The position numbers and the translations under genes were made by a program. 64,000 nt of DNA from assembly GCA_002633005.1 (NCBI GenBank), contig NMRA01000001.1:2773695-2837694 (forward strand). The letters run 5' to 3'. This document shows, one piece after another, positions 26,147-49,565 of the stretch. This DNA is from Phoronis australis. Taxonomy: Eukaryota > Animalia > Phoronida. Within the stretch, counting starts at the first letter, position 1, and each line of letters starts with the position of its first letter. The notes under the pieces were generated by a model, which worked only from the letters and a program-made list of their open reading frames with translations, was not told where the DNA came from and did not search any database.

Positions 26147-26767
26147 ACACTGTGACTTTGCGCCCTCTTGTGAGAAAATGACAGTGGCAGACACTTTTGG
26201 AAAGGTTTATTAGTGCCATCTTGTGTTTGCTTTAAGCGGTGTACTTACTATGAGGCAGCTAAGATATTTGTACGATATACGGTCAATAAATACTAACGTA
26301 CATGGACGTAGTTGGCTAAAATACAGTTTTCATCCGTTGGAATTGTCATTTGCAGTTAACACTGACATATCCATCTGAGATCTAGTTAATGATTTCCTGA
26401 TGCAATTTAAACGGCAGTAGTCACAGGGGGTAGCGCATTTTGAGAACCAGTTTGACGCATGCTATTCATTAGAGAAAACTGGTTAGCAAAATACGGAACC
26501 CCTGAAAGCCACCGTTGCCGTTTAAACTGTTGCTTGCTTAATCATCGATATCAATTTGATGCCACAAAATGTTGAACTTTATTAAAATTATCTGATTAAC
26601 ATCCCCCTGCATTATAGTCAGTTAACTCTTACTAAGGAGTGACCATCTAATTCCAAAATGCGGGTGAAATTTTCCCGTGATCTCCCATCAACTTCTCAAA
26701 AAGACAGCAAATGGACGGTCCGCGGGTAGCTGTTGACTAGAACAAATTCTGGTGTGTTCTATTAATG

Positions 26768-26902
26768 AGGGAGAGAGAGGGAACGGAAGGGAAGGAGAGA
26801 GGGGGAGGGGGAGGAAGAGGGGGAGAGGGCGAGGGAGACGGGGAGAGAGAGAGATAGAAAGGGAGAGAGAGAGAGAGAGAGAAAGAGGTGGGGGGGAGAG
26901 GG
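26768..26902. repeat. Polypurine (GA-rich) low-complexity tract
   Basis: About 135 nt of almost pure G/A including (GA)n. Confidence 0.9.
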
Positions 26903-26910
26903 CGAACAAG

Positions 26911-27636
26911 GATTGTTTCAAAACCCCCTCGACACGCACAACCCCCACGGCCCCCAACCCGATTGCCTCACCCCACACAAGCTCGACTGGATGTGAACTG
27001 ATCGACATTGAACAAACGCCGACTTTACGAGTGTGGCCGTGAGCGCGGCTGGCTTTTCTCTATCTTTTGCAATTAATAGAGTAGATTCGGCAAGTTCGAA
27101 AGCCAAAATCAGAAAAAAAAACAACGCGACCAAATCAAACCAACGTTACAAATCGTCTCGTTCCCAGTAGAGTATAATCATCTCGTCTGGTCTTCGCGCA
27201 TGGAATACAGTTTGAAAACTAATAAAAGCATCTCAAAGTTATATTTAATATATTTTAAACGAGTATACCACAGAAAACAACTAATAAAAATGTGAAATCA
27301 CGTGTGTGCACGTTAACGTACTCTCTTCCTAAGTTTAGTAGAGCAGGGTCATTGATGACCGCTCGTGGAACTCTTTCCGTGACAACGACCATAGCACACT
27401 CACAATCCGCTCTTACAAATCAAGTTCTTATGTCACTTTCTTTTTTTAACCACCAGTCTTGAGCCAGCGCAGATTCGTGTAGCTAAGTCTTAATGGCGTA
27501 TGTCACTCAGCAACGTAAGAAGACAATAAAATGTTTAAAAAGCGCAGATACCTCAATTGCAACAGGTCGTGAGTCGAGGAGGTCGTAGGTCTAGGCTCGT
27601 GGGGTCGTGGGGGTCGAGGGTTTTCTAGAACATTCC
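26911..27636. mobile_element. Degenerate TIR element of about 720 bp
   Basis: AAAACCCCCTCGAC...ACCCCCACGGCCCC at the left and GGGGTCGTGGGGGTCGAGGGTTTT at the right. Confidence 0.45.
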
Positions 27637-27950
27637 GGAGAACAAACAGTTCAAACTAATGAATACATACAAAATGGCAGCACGGTTGGTTCTCAGTAGG
27701 TGGCCACTGGGAGGTATAAAACCGCTAAAATCAGAAGCCACAAAAACAATTGAAAACTCATACAAGGCATGAGTTAAATTATTCATACTTTTACCTCAAA
27801 TTAAGCTTGAATTGAGAAAGTAAAGCAAAATGATAGACGGAACAAAGTAAGGCATCTCTATAATATACAAAAAAATTAAACCAGAACACGATTTTATTGT
27901 TCATAACTTCGAATGGAAACGATAGCTAAAGCTCGTCAAACCACTTAGAT

Positions 27951-28032
27951 CATGGGCGGCGCACCATGGGGGGGGGGGGGGGGGNGGGGGGGGGTCTATA
28001 CCCCCACTTTTTTCAGTGCTACGCCGCCCATG
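27951..28032. mobile_element. Mini-MITE related to 24603-24669
   Basis: CATGGGCGGCGCACC, poly-G with an N, then GCTACGCCGCCCATG. No TSD evident. Confidence 0.6.
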
Positions 28033-29151
28033 AAATGTGTTGAGTAAAGTAAATGACTAATCACCGGCAAAACACCCAGAGGAAATACATAAGAGAACTG
28101 ATCATGATTTTGGGCGTATAATGTACTGTAAACAGCCAAGTTTAAACTGAAGAAACATGCAGATGTGCAACAATTTTGTATACCACACTCGGAGTAATTA
28201 TGCAACGCCATCATGAATTCTCCGGCAAGCACGACGACCGTGCTGTGGAGTACCGGAGTGTCAATTTTATTTAGGTTGGGGAGTGGGACTCGACGGAGGT
28301 AAGGAAACTTGAAGTTTGGAAAGTGTGTGCTGGTACATTAGGACCTGTTAACTGGTATTGGTACAACCTGGCGATGAAATTGGGCCATCAGTAATGAAAA
28401 AATATCGTACTTTGAAGGCCTAGCTATACAACTGGCCGGGACGTACTGAAGCTTGAGGCCGCAGTGCCGCTAGGAAGTTCAGTTTGAAATGCAGCCCCAC
28501 AGTCAGTAAGGTAGTCAGAAAATGCGCGATTGCATTGTTTAAGGAGGTGTTTAATACTACTGCAGAGAAAATCGAAAGAATGTTGAAGGTGATTGTCGGA
28601 AATTGAAACAACGGACAGTAAACAAAAGTTATCTCATTTTGCTCAGGGGCTGAGATCACTGAGTCCACTTGGGTAGAGGTTGGTTTACACAACTATTAAC
28701 TAAGACCCCGGCAGCATGAAAACATATCTGCCAGGTCACAGACAGTGGTGTTCTTCAGTGAAGTGTGCAGAGAGGGTCTGGCACATATGTGTACCACTAG
28801 CTTTGTTGCGTGGTAGTGATGTGTGGTGTTACAGTTTTATTTATTCCACTATCATGGGTCCCATAACAAAAATCCAAGTATTGAAGGACTCCTTTACTTC
28901 TTTATTCGAGAAGTCGAATTTGTGCATGCTCAACAATGCCTAAGATTTTGTGGAAAACGGATGGTTACACAGCAAAGTCTTGTGACAATTTAACAGTTGT
29001 TGCCATAAGTCAGTCACCAGCCCGGCGATCAAGAGGCCGCGCCCAGCACTGAACAAAAGGTAATCGACTCTCACGCCACTAGTGTCTATCGTGAAAACTA
29101 CCTACCATTTTTAAAGGGAATCCTTTGACCTAGTTTTTCTCCCGCGTAAAC

Positions 29152-29162
29152 TTCGCGCCAAA
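29152..29162 (-). promoter_or_regulatory. E2F-binding site upstream of the MCM5 start codon
   Basis: TTCGCGCCAAA reads TTTGGCGCGAA on the minus strand and matches the E2F consensus TTTSSCGC, about 30 bp before the ATG. It probably lies in a 5'-UTR intron (donor about 29060, acceptor 29190-29191). MCM genes are known E2F targets. Confidence 0.6.
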
Positions 29163-29192
29163 TGCTCACACGTGATATTTACGGTATTCAGG

Positions 29193-40974
<11,782 letters not shown>

Positions 40975-41460
40975 CATTCCAACTCGTCTTTCAGTGATCA
41001 TCTCAAATACAAGACTAAGGGTTCCTGGATATATGGGAGCACTCACACAGCAATGAATGAAGAATTCGATAGTGTTGTTTAATCACTGAAATTTGTGGAG
41101 ATTGTCCTGTAAAATCAGATATTCCCCCTAGAGCTAAAGTGGTCCAGTTAAGGGTTCTTTGCGGCTCTATGTAAAGTGTAGTTGCATGAAGGCTCGACAT
41201 TTGGCCACCTTGAAGTACAAGGCGATATTACGTCAACTACAAACTGTAAATAGGTGTATTTAGAGTAAAATGTTAAGTTTGTGTATCGACATTAATATTG
41301 GGTCACTGATGGAACTGAGTGTACCTTAAGGCTGCAAATCAAGACCACCCAAAACTAGTCTCAATTTGTTCCTTAGATTAGGAGTAATTTCTGGGCTCAG
41401 ATAAACTAAGTACCTTAGTGCTAGGTAGTTCAATTTATGCTTTTAGCAAGGTCTCTTAAC

Positions 41461-41797
41461 AATTGACCTATCTCAAGGTCCACCCCCTTGCACAATGTCT
41501 ACTAATAAACGTGTTGTTTGTCGGGTAAAGTGGCGGCTTGGAAACGAAGGTGTGTCAAGAATGATATGTTCTGATTGGTCAGTTGTCGTAACTCAAAGTC
41601 CTGGTGATAGGTCAATAGCGAATTGACCTATCACAAGCTTCACCCCCTGGCGTAATGTCGAGAAACAAACAATAAGTTTTACCCGGCAACGTGTTGTTTG
41701 TCAGGTAAAATGGCGGCTTGGAAACTCAAGATGTGTCAAGAATGTTGCGTTCTGATTGGACAGTTGAGCCGTCACTCAAAATCCTGGCGATAGGTAT
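41461..41797. repeat. Two tandem copies of a ~160-175-bp TIR element downstream of MCM5
   Basis: Each unit starts AATTGACCTATC, contains AACGTGTTGTTTGTC.GGTAAA.TGGCGGCTTGGAAAC, and ends GATAGGT(CAAT). Confidence 0.75.
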
Positions 41798-42604
41798 ATT
41801 CTTTCCAAGCCCAGAAAGCACTTCTCAGTGAAGTAGGGACAAGCTGCAGTAAAGTGGTCTGAAAGGAAACTCAGTTTATAACAAATTAATACGACCAAAA
41901 GTGATTGTGACATTTGGATATTTGTCATAATTATCATGTGTAAAATATAATGTAAAAATAGTCATATTTGTTTATTTCAATAATTTGAGTTATTCGTTCA
42001 ATAACAACAAGGCTCCTTGAAATAAAGCAAGAGTCCTATAGCACTGTCGCTAGGTAAAATTTAAACAAAGATACAGAAGAATACAAAATAACAGTCAACA
42101 GAAGTACGCAGCACATACAAATTCATCATTAAACTCATAAACTACAGACACAGTAGTGCCCATTCTTGTAGTGTATAGCGTGTAAAGCATGCTCTGGCGG
42201 CCACATTTAAGTGGGCACTAAATGCAAGTATGGCAGTATCGGCCGACCAACAGAAACATGTAACAGATCAATCGACAATACGTCAATAACATACACAATA
42301 CAACAACCATATATTACGAAGCCTGACCAGGACAAGCCCTTTTGTAACCTGGGCAAGAAGCAATTCTTGTTTCTGTAAGAAGTACCCAAAATGGCTTTTT
42401 GAATACCAAGCACGTCTGATGGGCACACTTATGACTTGATTAACTTGCACTGTTTGACTTAGCAACAATACAGAATTTGTTGAATACACGACACTTTTCA
42501 TTGTTCACGGTCTTTATTCCGTTGCGTTCATACTTTCTGAACAAAACTCTACTCTCTACTGAACATAGATACAGTAACTGACCTAGCGACATAATTAAAA
42601 GACA

Positions 42605-42642
42605 CACGATATTTCGAAACATACTTGTTTCATTCTCAAGTG
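42605..42642 (-). ncRNA. Putative minimal type I hammerhead ribozyme (U3-A8 variant) in the PLE terminal repeat region
   Basis: Minus strand: CAC UUGAGAA U GAAAC-AAGUAU-GUUUC GAA AUAU C GUG. 3-bp helix I (CAC/GUG), 5-bp helix II, palindromic helix III (AUAU), AUC cleavage triplet. Confidence 0.5.
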
Positions 42643-42758
42643 AAGATAAAATGACGCAGTAATGCCACCACAGAGTATAAGCTGACGACACACACAGTGA
42701 GACACGGCGGGTGTGAAATACTGCAAAGAATGACTAATGAATTGGGGTAACAGGAAAG

Positions 42759-43259
42759 TCACGCAAACAAGTGTAACGTGCGGCGCGACCCTGTTTGCTG
42801 CTCATTCAAAATAGGCTTCTCAAAAGCAATTAAAAGGGACTCTAATACTTTTAAACGCAGCACATCTTGCTCCACGTAGCGAATTGACGTGTTTTCCACA
42901 ATTTCTTGACGGGTGATTTTACGTGCGTGGTATTGCAGAAAATGATCTTGAATGGCGCCATTTTGAAGATGCATGGATAACCGACGGGAAAGACTGCAAA
43001 CCGTTTGACCAATGTAACATTGTTTGACGTTTGAACGAAGACATTCGTTCATAGGGCATACAAATTCATAAACAACACTACACTGTGCAACGGGGCGGAC
43101 TTTCGCTTTAGAAATGTTATTTTTCATGACCAAGTTGGAGGATTTCCTATTCCGATAATAAATAATAACATCAAGGTAATCATCAGGCTTACAAACTTTA
43201 ACGTTGTCCCTTATGATTTTCTTAATGGCGTGTTCGTCCTGGAGGTAATTATTAGACAT
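42759..43259 (-). pseudogene. GIY-YIG endonuclease domain of the Penelope-like element (fragment of a disrupted polyprotein)
   Basis: 166-aa ORF with the VVY/YIG motif and the catalytic R, H, E, N pattern. It is separated from the upstream thumb region by an in-frame TAA, and no RT core is visible. Confidence 0.8.
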
Positions 43260-43677
43260 GACATTTTTGTAAAATATCTTTTTGGTGACACCAGTCCGAC
43301 GTGCAGGGACTTCTTAGCTAATACTGGACATAAATCGCTTAATATGGAAATCCACGAAAGCATTGGTATACCCATTATTCACCAGTGTTTGTCTTATGCG
43401 ATCTACCTCTTGATTGAACAATAGCCAGTTAGACGACACCGAATTTGATGTGAGAGAGNTAGGTCAGTTACTGTATCTATGTTCAGTAGAGAGTAGAGTT
43501 TTGTTCAGAAAGTATGAACGCAACGGAATAAAGACCGTGAACAATGAAAAGTGTCGTGTATTCAACAAATTCTGTATAACAGAAAACTTGCTCCCGAAGT
43601 ACAGTCAGTTAGCAACAATAGTGTATCTCCATCTTCGCTCAAAAAACGTCAAAATGGTCTCGGTGAGTAACGTGATC

Positions 43678-46600
43678 TCACGATGTGTACAGAATGTCGT
43701 AGTGGCCAGGTTTGTACAGGAGAATGATTAATGGATCTGAACCCTCGGGGAAGTGGATGTCATTGACCTCCCCCTCCCCTCGGTCCATATACTCTATCTG
43801 GACAGGTACTCCAGTCACTGTGGTCAAGGCGGTGATGTGCATGTGGTCACTTTCCTTGCCCATGGGCTCGACCTCCTGAAATGATAACCTGACTATGAAT
43901 AAAGTACTATCACAAGAGTTAAATGTCTCACGATGTTATAAAGAACACATCAAACTGCAGCAGCAAAGTAGCTGCAACCAAGGCAACAAACTACTGTGTC
44001 ATCTCTCAAGAGACCAACTTTTGATTTAGGCAACTTGGTCTTAAACAACATTGAACTAATCCTGTTCCTTACTAAAACTTTAACTAATTTCTAGGCTTCA
44101 GAGGAACTAACAAATTGTTACTGCTTTAGACGTGACATACCAAGTTAAATTTCACAGTAGGTTAGTTTCAGATGCCAAGGTAACATGGCCATTAGAATTC
44201 CAAGCAATTTATTGTAACCCGTTTCAACTCGGAACAAGAATATGATGATATTGGCTTGCAAAAGCAAACAGTTGAAAAGAAAGCTAACGTTCTCAATTCT
44301 AGAACATAGTTTACAGTGCTGTAAGAGTCAAAATACAATGCTCAACAAAATACATGACGCAAAAATGCACTCCTGTGAAAACGGATGCTTCGCTGAAACT
44401 GAGTTAAGAGCTAGGTAATTAACTAAGTAGCCTCCTCGTGAAGCACACTGCATGACATCAAAAATACCTGGTGACAGAACTCCTTGACAGAACGCCCACC
44501 CTCAACAAAGTTGGCATAGAACTCCTCTTCCTTCTGAAGATGCCCAGACACCAACAGCCTGGTGAAACAACATTGCATGGATAAAGGCAATGAAGAGCAG
44601 TAACGATGTGCGGTTCTCTTGTAAACAGATTTTGTATTGAAATTTCTACAACGTGAATCTTGAAACAGATTAAAAGTTTAAAATGTACAGGAAGTAACAA
44701 GTTATCTGATACGAGACATAAGTTAAAATTAAGTAAGCTTGGATTTTTGATTGATATGGCAAAAATGTCGGCAATATTTTCAACTGATAGGATTTTTATC
44801 GGAAATATTCTAAGAAAAAGCACTCAAATAAAGACAACTGTTATAGACATGGGTAGACAATACAGCAAAACACAGCAATACACCATGCGAACCCCCATGC
44901 TTTAAAGTACCTGTGGATATTATTTGTGAAGCATATAACCATATTGTCACCCCTCTTAAACCTCCCTTAATAAGGTTGCACACCATGACCATCAATTCAA
45001 GAAAATAAAAAAACAATTCAGAGATTAGAACAAAACTAATTTTCATGACTTCATTAACACTAGCCTCCCGCATGACGTGTTAAGCTTCGGTATCTGACTA
45101 AAACGTTATAAATCCGCCTTCTATCACAAAACCCAACCTTGATTTAGACCACTGACTGTTACAAGATTGGTCCCTAAAATATCTAGTCAAATTAGTGACG
45201 ATTTCTAGGCTTTGAAAGAACTGGCAGCTCATTCTTGCTTGAGACCAGGCTCTAAAAGTTTGCTCGTCACTGTGTGTCACTTTATGTGCCGAGTGTGGTC
45301 TCCACCAATAACTGTCAGCTTTTTGCAATACCAAAATCAATTCTCACCTGAGAAAGGAACTTACAATTCAAAATCAACTTTATTGTACTAAATGGACTAA
45401 ATCAAATTCAAATACTAGTTTTATTGATGAAAACGCAGATTTATAGATGCTTTAAGATAAAGTCATACACTTATTGCAACTTTGACAAGTAAACAAAACA
45501 TTCGTGAGATTTCTTGATAAGAAATGTTGCCAACAAGCACTTGAATGCAGAGCGTATGAGAGATAAATGATGGGAATCTTCGCACATTTTAGTCAACAGT
45601 CTCACCTCAAGTAGGCAATCAAATAGTCCGAGTGAGCTTGGTCGTTAAACATCTTGAGAAGATCCATTACTGTGAAGCCGTCTTTACCTACGGTCTCGAC
45701 AGCTTCCAGAAACTATGCAACAAAAAAGGCACAACACTCACTATTCAGCCTTAGTGTTGATGTTTTGAATTAGATTACAAAATCATCGTTGGGAACAATG
45801 GCAGAGGAAATAGTGCAAACACATACAATCATTTGATGCTTTCAGTTTTTTAAAAATGTAACCATCCCTTCAGGCAGTTCAAAATGTGTTAAATATCCAG
45901 TTAACATTTTCGTCACAAACGAGCAATTATGTTTCAAAGAGTTTTCTGTGTTTCCAAAAGAATTCTGATACATAAGTGCAAGACAAACTTCGAAATAAAT
46001 GTCAAATCACCTGCTGAAGAAGGTAAGCAAAGATCCACAAATCACAAATTTCACAACACCTTTCTCAATACCTGCCAACACGCCTGACCAGTGGATTTGA
46101 GAATAATTAAACTTACTGTATCGTAGAAGTCGGTGGTGGTAAAGTCTGGAAAACCCAGGGCAAGGAGATTGTCTTTGCTTTTGCGGACAACTTCAAGGAA
46201 CCTGAGAAGGGAAATTGTCCAATCTAAAGATTCATTGTATTTTATTTTATGAAAACCTTATCTCAGTATCGCCATGTTTGAAAGATTTAAAAAACTCAGA
46301 ATAATGCAACTGGTCACTGTAGCAACACAACTCCAACAGAATTAACACACTCCGTGACATCATAAGCATAATTGTACTTAGCTGTTTGTAGGGCAAATGA
46401 TAGCTTTTCTCTTCCCATTTTTGATTTTACTTGCCAACATTTTCCACTAATTTTGGCCAAATTCCGAGGGTGGCAACTACCACTCTCTGCCAGCAACGTA
46501 ATACGCGTATGTCACACATTTTTAAATGTCAGGCATAGGTGTACGAGATCAGCGGCAGAAGTAGACACATCATAACATCAACTCTGGATACCAAGTCACA

Positions 46601-49565
46601 CTTACTGATTGTAAATCTAACGTCATACTTGGATGGATTTATTACATAAATTAAACTCCACTCCAGGTAACACATGCTAGTGCTTTTCCAAAGCCTTTGA
46701 GTGCAAACGATTTTGAGAAGAGCTAATTTGAGTCAGAGCTGAAGTTTGCCAAAGAATTGCAAATACAAGGGAACTAAAGATGATGTTCAATTTACCTCTT
46801 GTATTCGTCTTTGTTAGTGAGTAGAGACTCCAAGTACGCGTAGCCAAATGCTCGGAAGAAGCAGTTGCCGTCTGCTCGGGTTCGCCTGAGATACTTGAAT
46901 GTTTGTTTCAAATCCTACAAAGCAGAAAAAAACCATAGAATCTCCATTTGCCAACTAATTCAAAAGTCATTTAGTGTGCTATTTCTCTTATTATTTTCAA
47001 AGGAGAAACTCCGTGTGTATTGTCAACTCGAATTAAGCCACCAATAAGCTGATTCAAACACTTTTCATTCAATTCTCCATCCAATCTGAATGTACTAAGA
47101 TTTTAAAACTGGATTTCATTCTGCATGAAGGTGAATGAATGCTACCACGAGACAACTGCTTAGCACATGACTACAATAAGCGATATAGGCAGAAGCAAAA
47201 GCGCAACGTAAATAATCACTTCAATCATGAAGCGACACTCTTCTGCATGTCCATGATAATTTGTGTTGCGGCAAAACCTATTACATTAATATAGGGAGAT
47301 AACTAATAATCTGCCGTCAAATTATGCAAATAGTCTGTTCTAGATGAAAGCTGCCCTTAAAATACTGCAACGGAAAACATTACACCCTAATAACAGGACA
47401 TCATCCGCTTAATTTTTATGGCTTATACGCTCAACTCGTCTGATGGAGGTAAAAAATGAATGACACAGAATGATCAACACTGGAGACAAAAAAATTACTA
47501 CTTTGTATTTTCGGTAAACAAGTCACAACAGGATTATCTTCTAAATCCGTAATAATAAGACACTACACAGATTAACCAGGATTACACGATGAGATACAGT
47601 AGATATTTCTTCTAAAAATCCAGAAAATTATCCGTTAAACCGCAGAAGTTTACGAAAGTCGATACTGACTGCTTCAGAGTCATGAACAGAGATGATGCCG
47701 CATTTAAACTTTCCTGCGTTACCCCCACTATGCCACAGGGTCACACTGAAGGAAGCAGTTAACACCGACTTTCGAAAACTTCTACCGTTTAATGGTTGAT
47801 TTTCTGCATTTTTAGAAGAAATTTCTACTGTAGAAGTAGTAAGATTATCTGAGTAAAAACCATAAAAGAAGTTGATAAACACCTCGATCTTTGCAAGGAA
47901 AACTTGATCCTCTTTGAACTCCTCTTGTAATGTAGACAAATCCAACTTGCAACTGATCAGTTCTTGCGAATCAGATATCTGAAGGAAAAGGGCAATATTC
48001 AAACAAAATAACCAACAGAAATGTTGACACATTATTCAGTATCCACGCATGTTTCTTAGAAGACGAGGGTATTTGAGTACCAGACCCTCATACATTTTAC
48101 AAATGGAAAAACAAAAATAAAAATTTCATTCTTCAATAATAGTAAATGTCACTCATTGAAAACGTGGGCAAGAAGAGCACATTTTTTAAACATGGATTCA
48201 AGTTGGAAATCACTTTTTATACCTGTCTGTCCAGCTGCTGTTGTTGTTCCATGGTGGCTTCATCATAATTTTTGTCTGGAAAATAAACAGGAAAAAATCA
48301 ACAGATAACCGTTAACAAACCCATAAACCATGGCAGTAATTTGGGAACTTATGGTAGCTTCAGTTTGGCGCAGGCATCAGCTTGGCTCACTAACCCGTGC
48401 CAAACTGAAGTGCACCAAATCAGTTTAGCGCAGGCACTTGGCTAAGGCAACACGTAGCCCCTCGGTTGGCCATTTAGGGGCTACAATACTTCCATTTGCT
48501 TTTTTTTTTCATTACATGCATTTTAAACGGGCTGTAACCCAAATCTGGTCACCGATTTTGAGTTTTCACCTCGTCAAAAATACCTTCCACACTTAAAACT
48601 TTCATCATTGGTCCTTTCTACTTCTATACATATCTTTGATGAAGCTTAGTTGTGAGAATTAAGTTGACTTTGGTGAAGAATTCCAAAACCACTTTTTTGG
48701 TTCCTGTTAACTTTTTCACTGCGCGTGAGATAACCACAAAGTATGTCAACTGAGTCACGTGCGTTAGGTAAATGCTAGAGCGAGACTGAGCGAAGCGCGT
48801 GACACAAGCGCGTGACACTTGCAAAATAGCCAAAATAGCATGAAGGTATCAGGTGAAATCTGTAAGATTTGTGTCCCTTGGACTTTTTATTCATCAACAT
48901 GCGTGATTTCACGTAACTTCCTCAAAATGGCACCCGGTAAGAGAAACTCCAGCAAAAAGTGACAGATTTTCATCGATTTGTTCAAATTATCTTGACTGAA
49001 TCGTTTTCAGACTTATGGTATGGGTTGTTTATAACTCCATGTGCATATATGCATGTTTCATTTGATTTCATTTCCTGTAATTTTGAAATAAGTAACTTTT
49101 GTGGGGATGTACTATCGCCCCTGAATGCCTGCGGCATCCAACCTCGAGGGCGATGTAATTGCCTAGCACTTGGCCTGCAACAGCTACACCCGGAAGTCAC
49201 GAGCCACAACAGAACAAAAAATTGACAGAGGAACAGGCTTCGCTAAGTAAAAAAGGGTTCCACACTACAACATGACCCACACCAATGCCATAGTTTTCAA
49301 ATATGCGGTCTTAAAGTTTTAAAATATGAACATCTGATTGCGGGACAAATCTAAATGAAATCCGTGCGTACCGGTGAAAGTCGAGCACTTGTGTGCTACT
49401 TATAGAAAGTATAAACCCAGTTGAAATCAAAATTTACGTATAGCGTAATTATGGATCACATATCAAGTCCTTCATACAACTTCAATTACTCCAGTAACGT
49501 CGGATAAAAACAGGAAATAACGAAATCGTACCAGGGTCATATTTAAAGTTCTCGCCGTCCTCCAT
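43678..49565 (-). CDS. OTUB1: Ubiquitin thioesterase otubain (OTUB1-like), about 260 aa, complete
   Basis: 8 minus-strand exons: 49565-49532, 48275-48223, 47978-47883, 46914-46796, 46201-46117, 45712-45606, 44558-44468, 43875-43678 (783 nt, open). Catalytic RRTRADGNCFFRAF and LLYKPGHYDILY, EVEPMGKESDH, and an OTUB1-type N-terminal helix NYDEATMEQQQQLDRQI. Confidence 0.95.

Larger units (their letters stand above)
42471..43608 (-). mobile_element. Penelope-like retroelement (RT thumb + GIY-YIG endonuclease), 5'-truncated or gapped, with inverted terminal repeat
   Basis: ORF 43259-42759 contains VVYEFVCP...C...YIGQT..SLSRRLSMH...LESLLI..EKPILNEQ (GIY-YIG). In frame upstream, past a TAA at 43316-43314, is SSNW..FNQEV.RIRQTLVNNGY (PLE RT thumb). 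42469-42585 is the inverted copy of 43460-43576. Flanking direct repeat TTAGCAACAATA at 42459-42470 and 43609-43620. Confidence 0.88.

Noticed and set aside
26688-27042. ORFs rich in ER/RG or LS/LP repeats
   Set aside because: They are translations of the GA-rich low-complexity tract, with no splice or homology support.
42640-42758. SECIS element after the PLE ORF
   Set aside because: No AUGA/GA quartet with an apical AA found by eye, and no in-frame TGA in the visible coding part.
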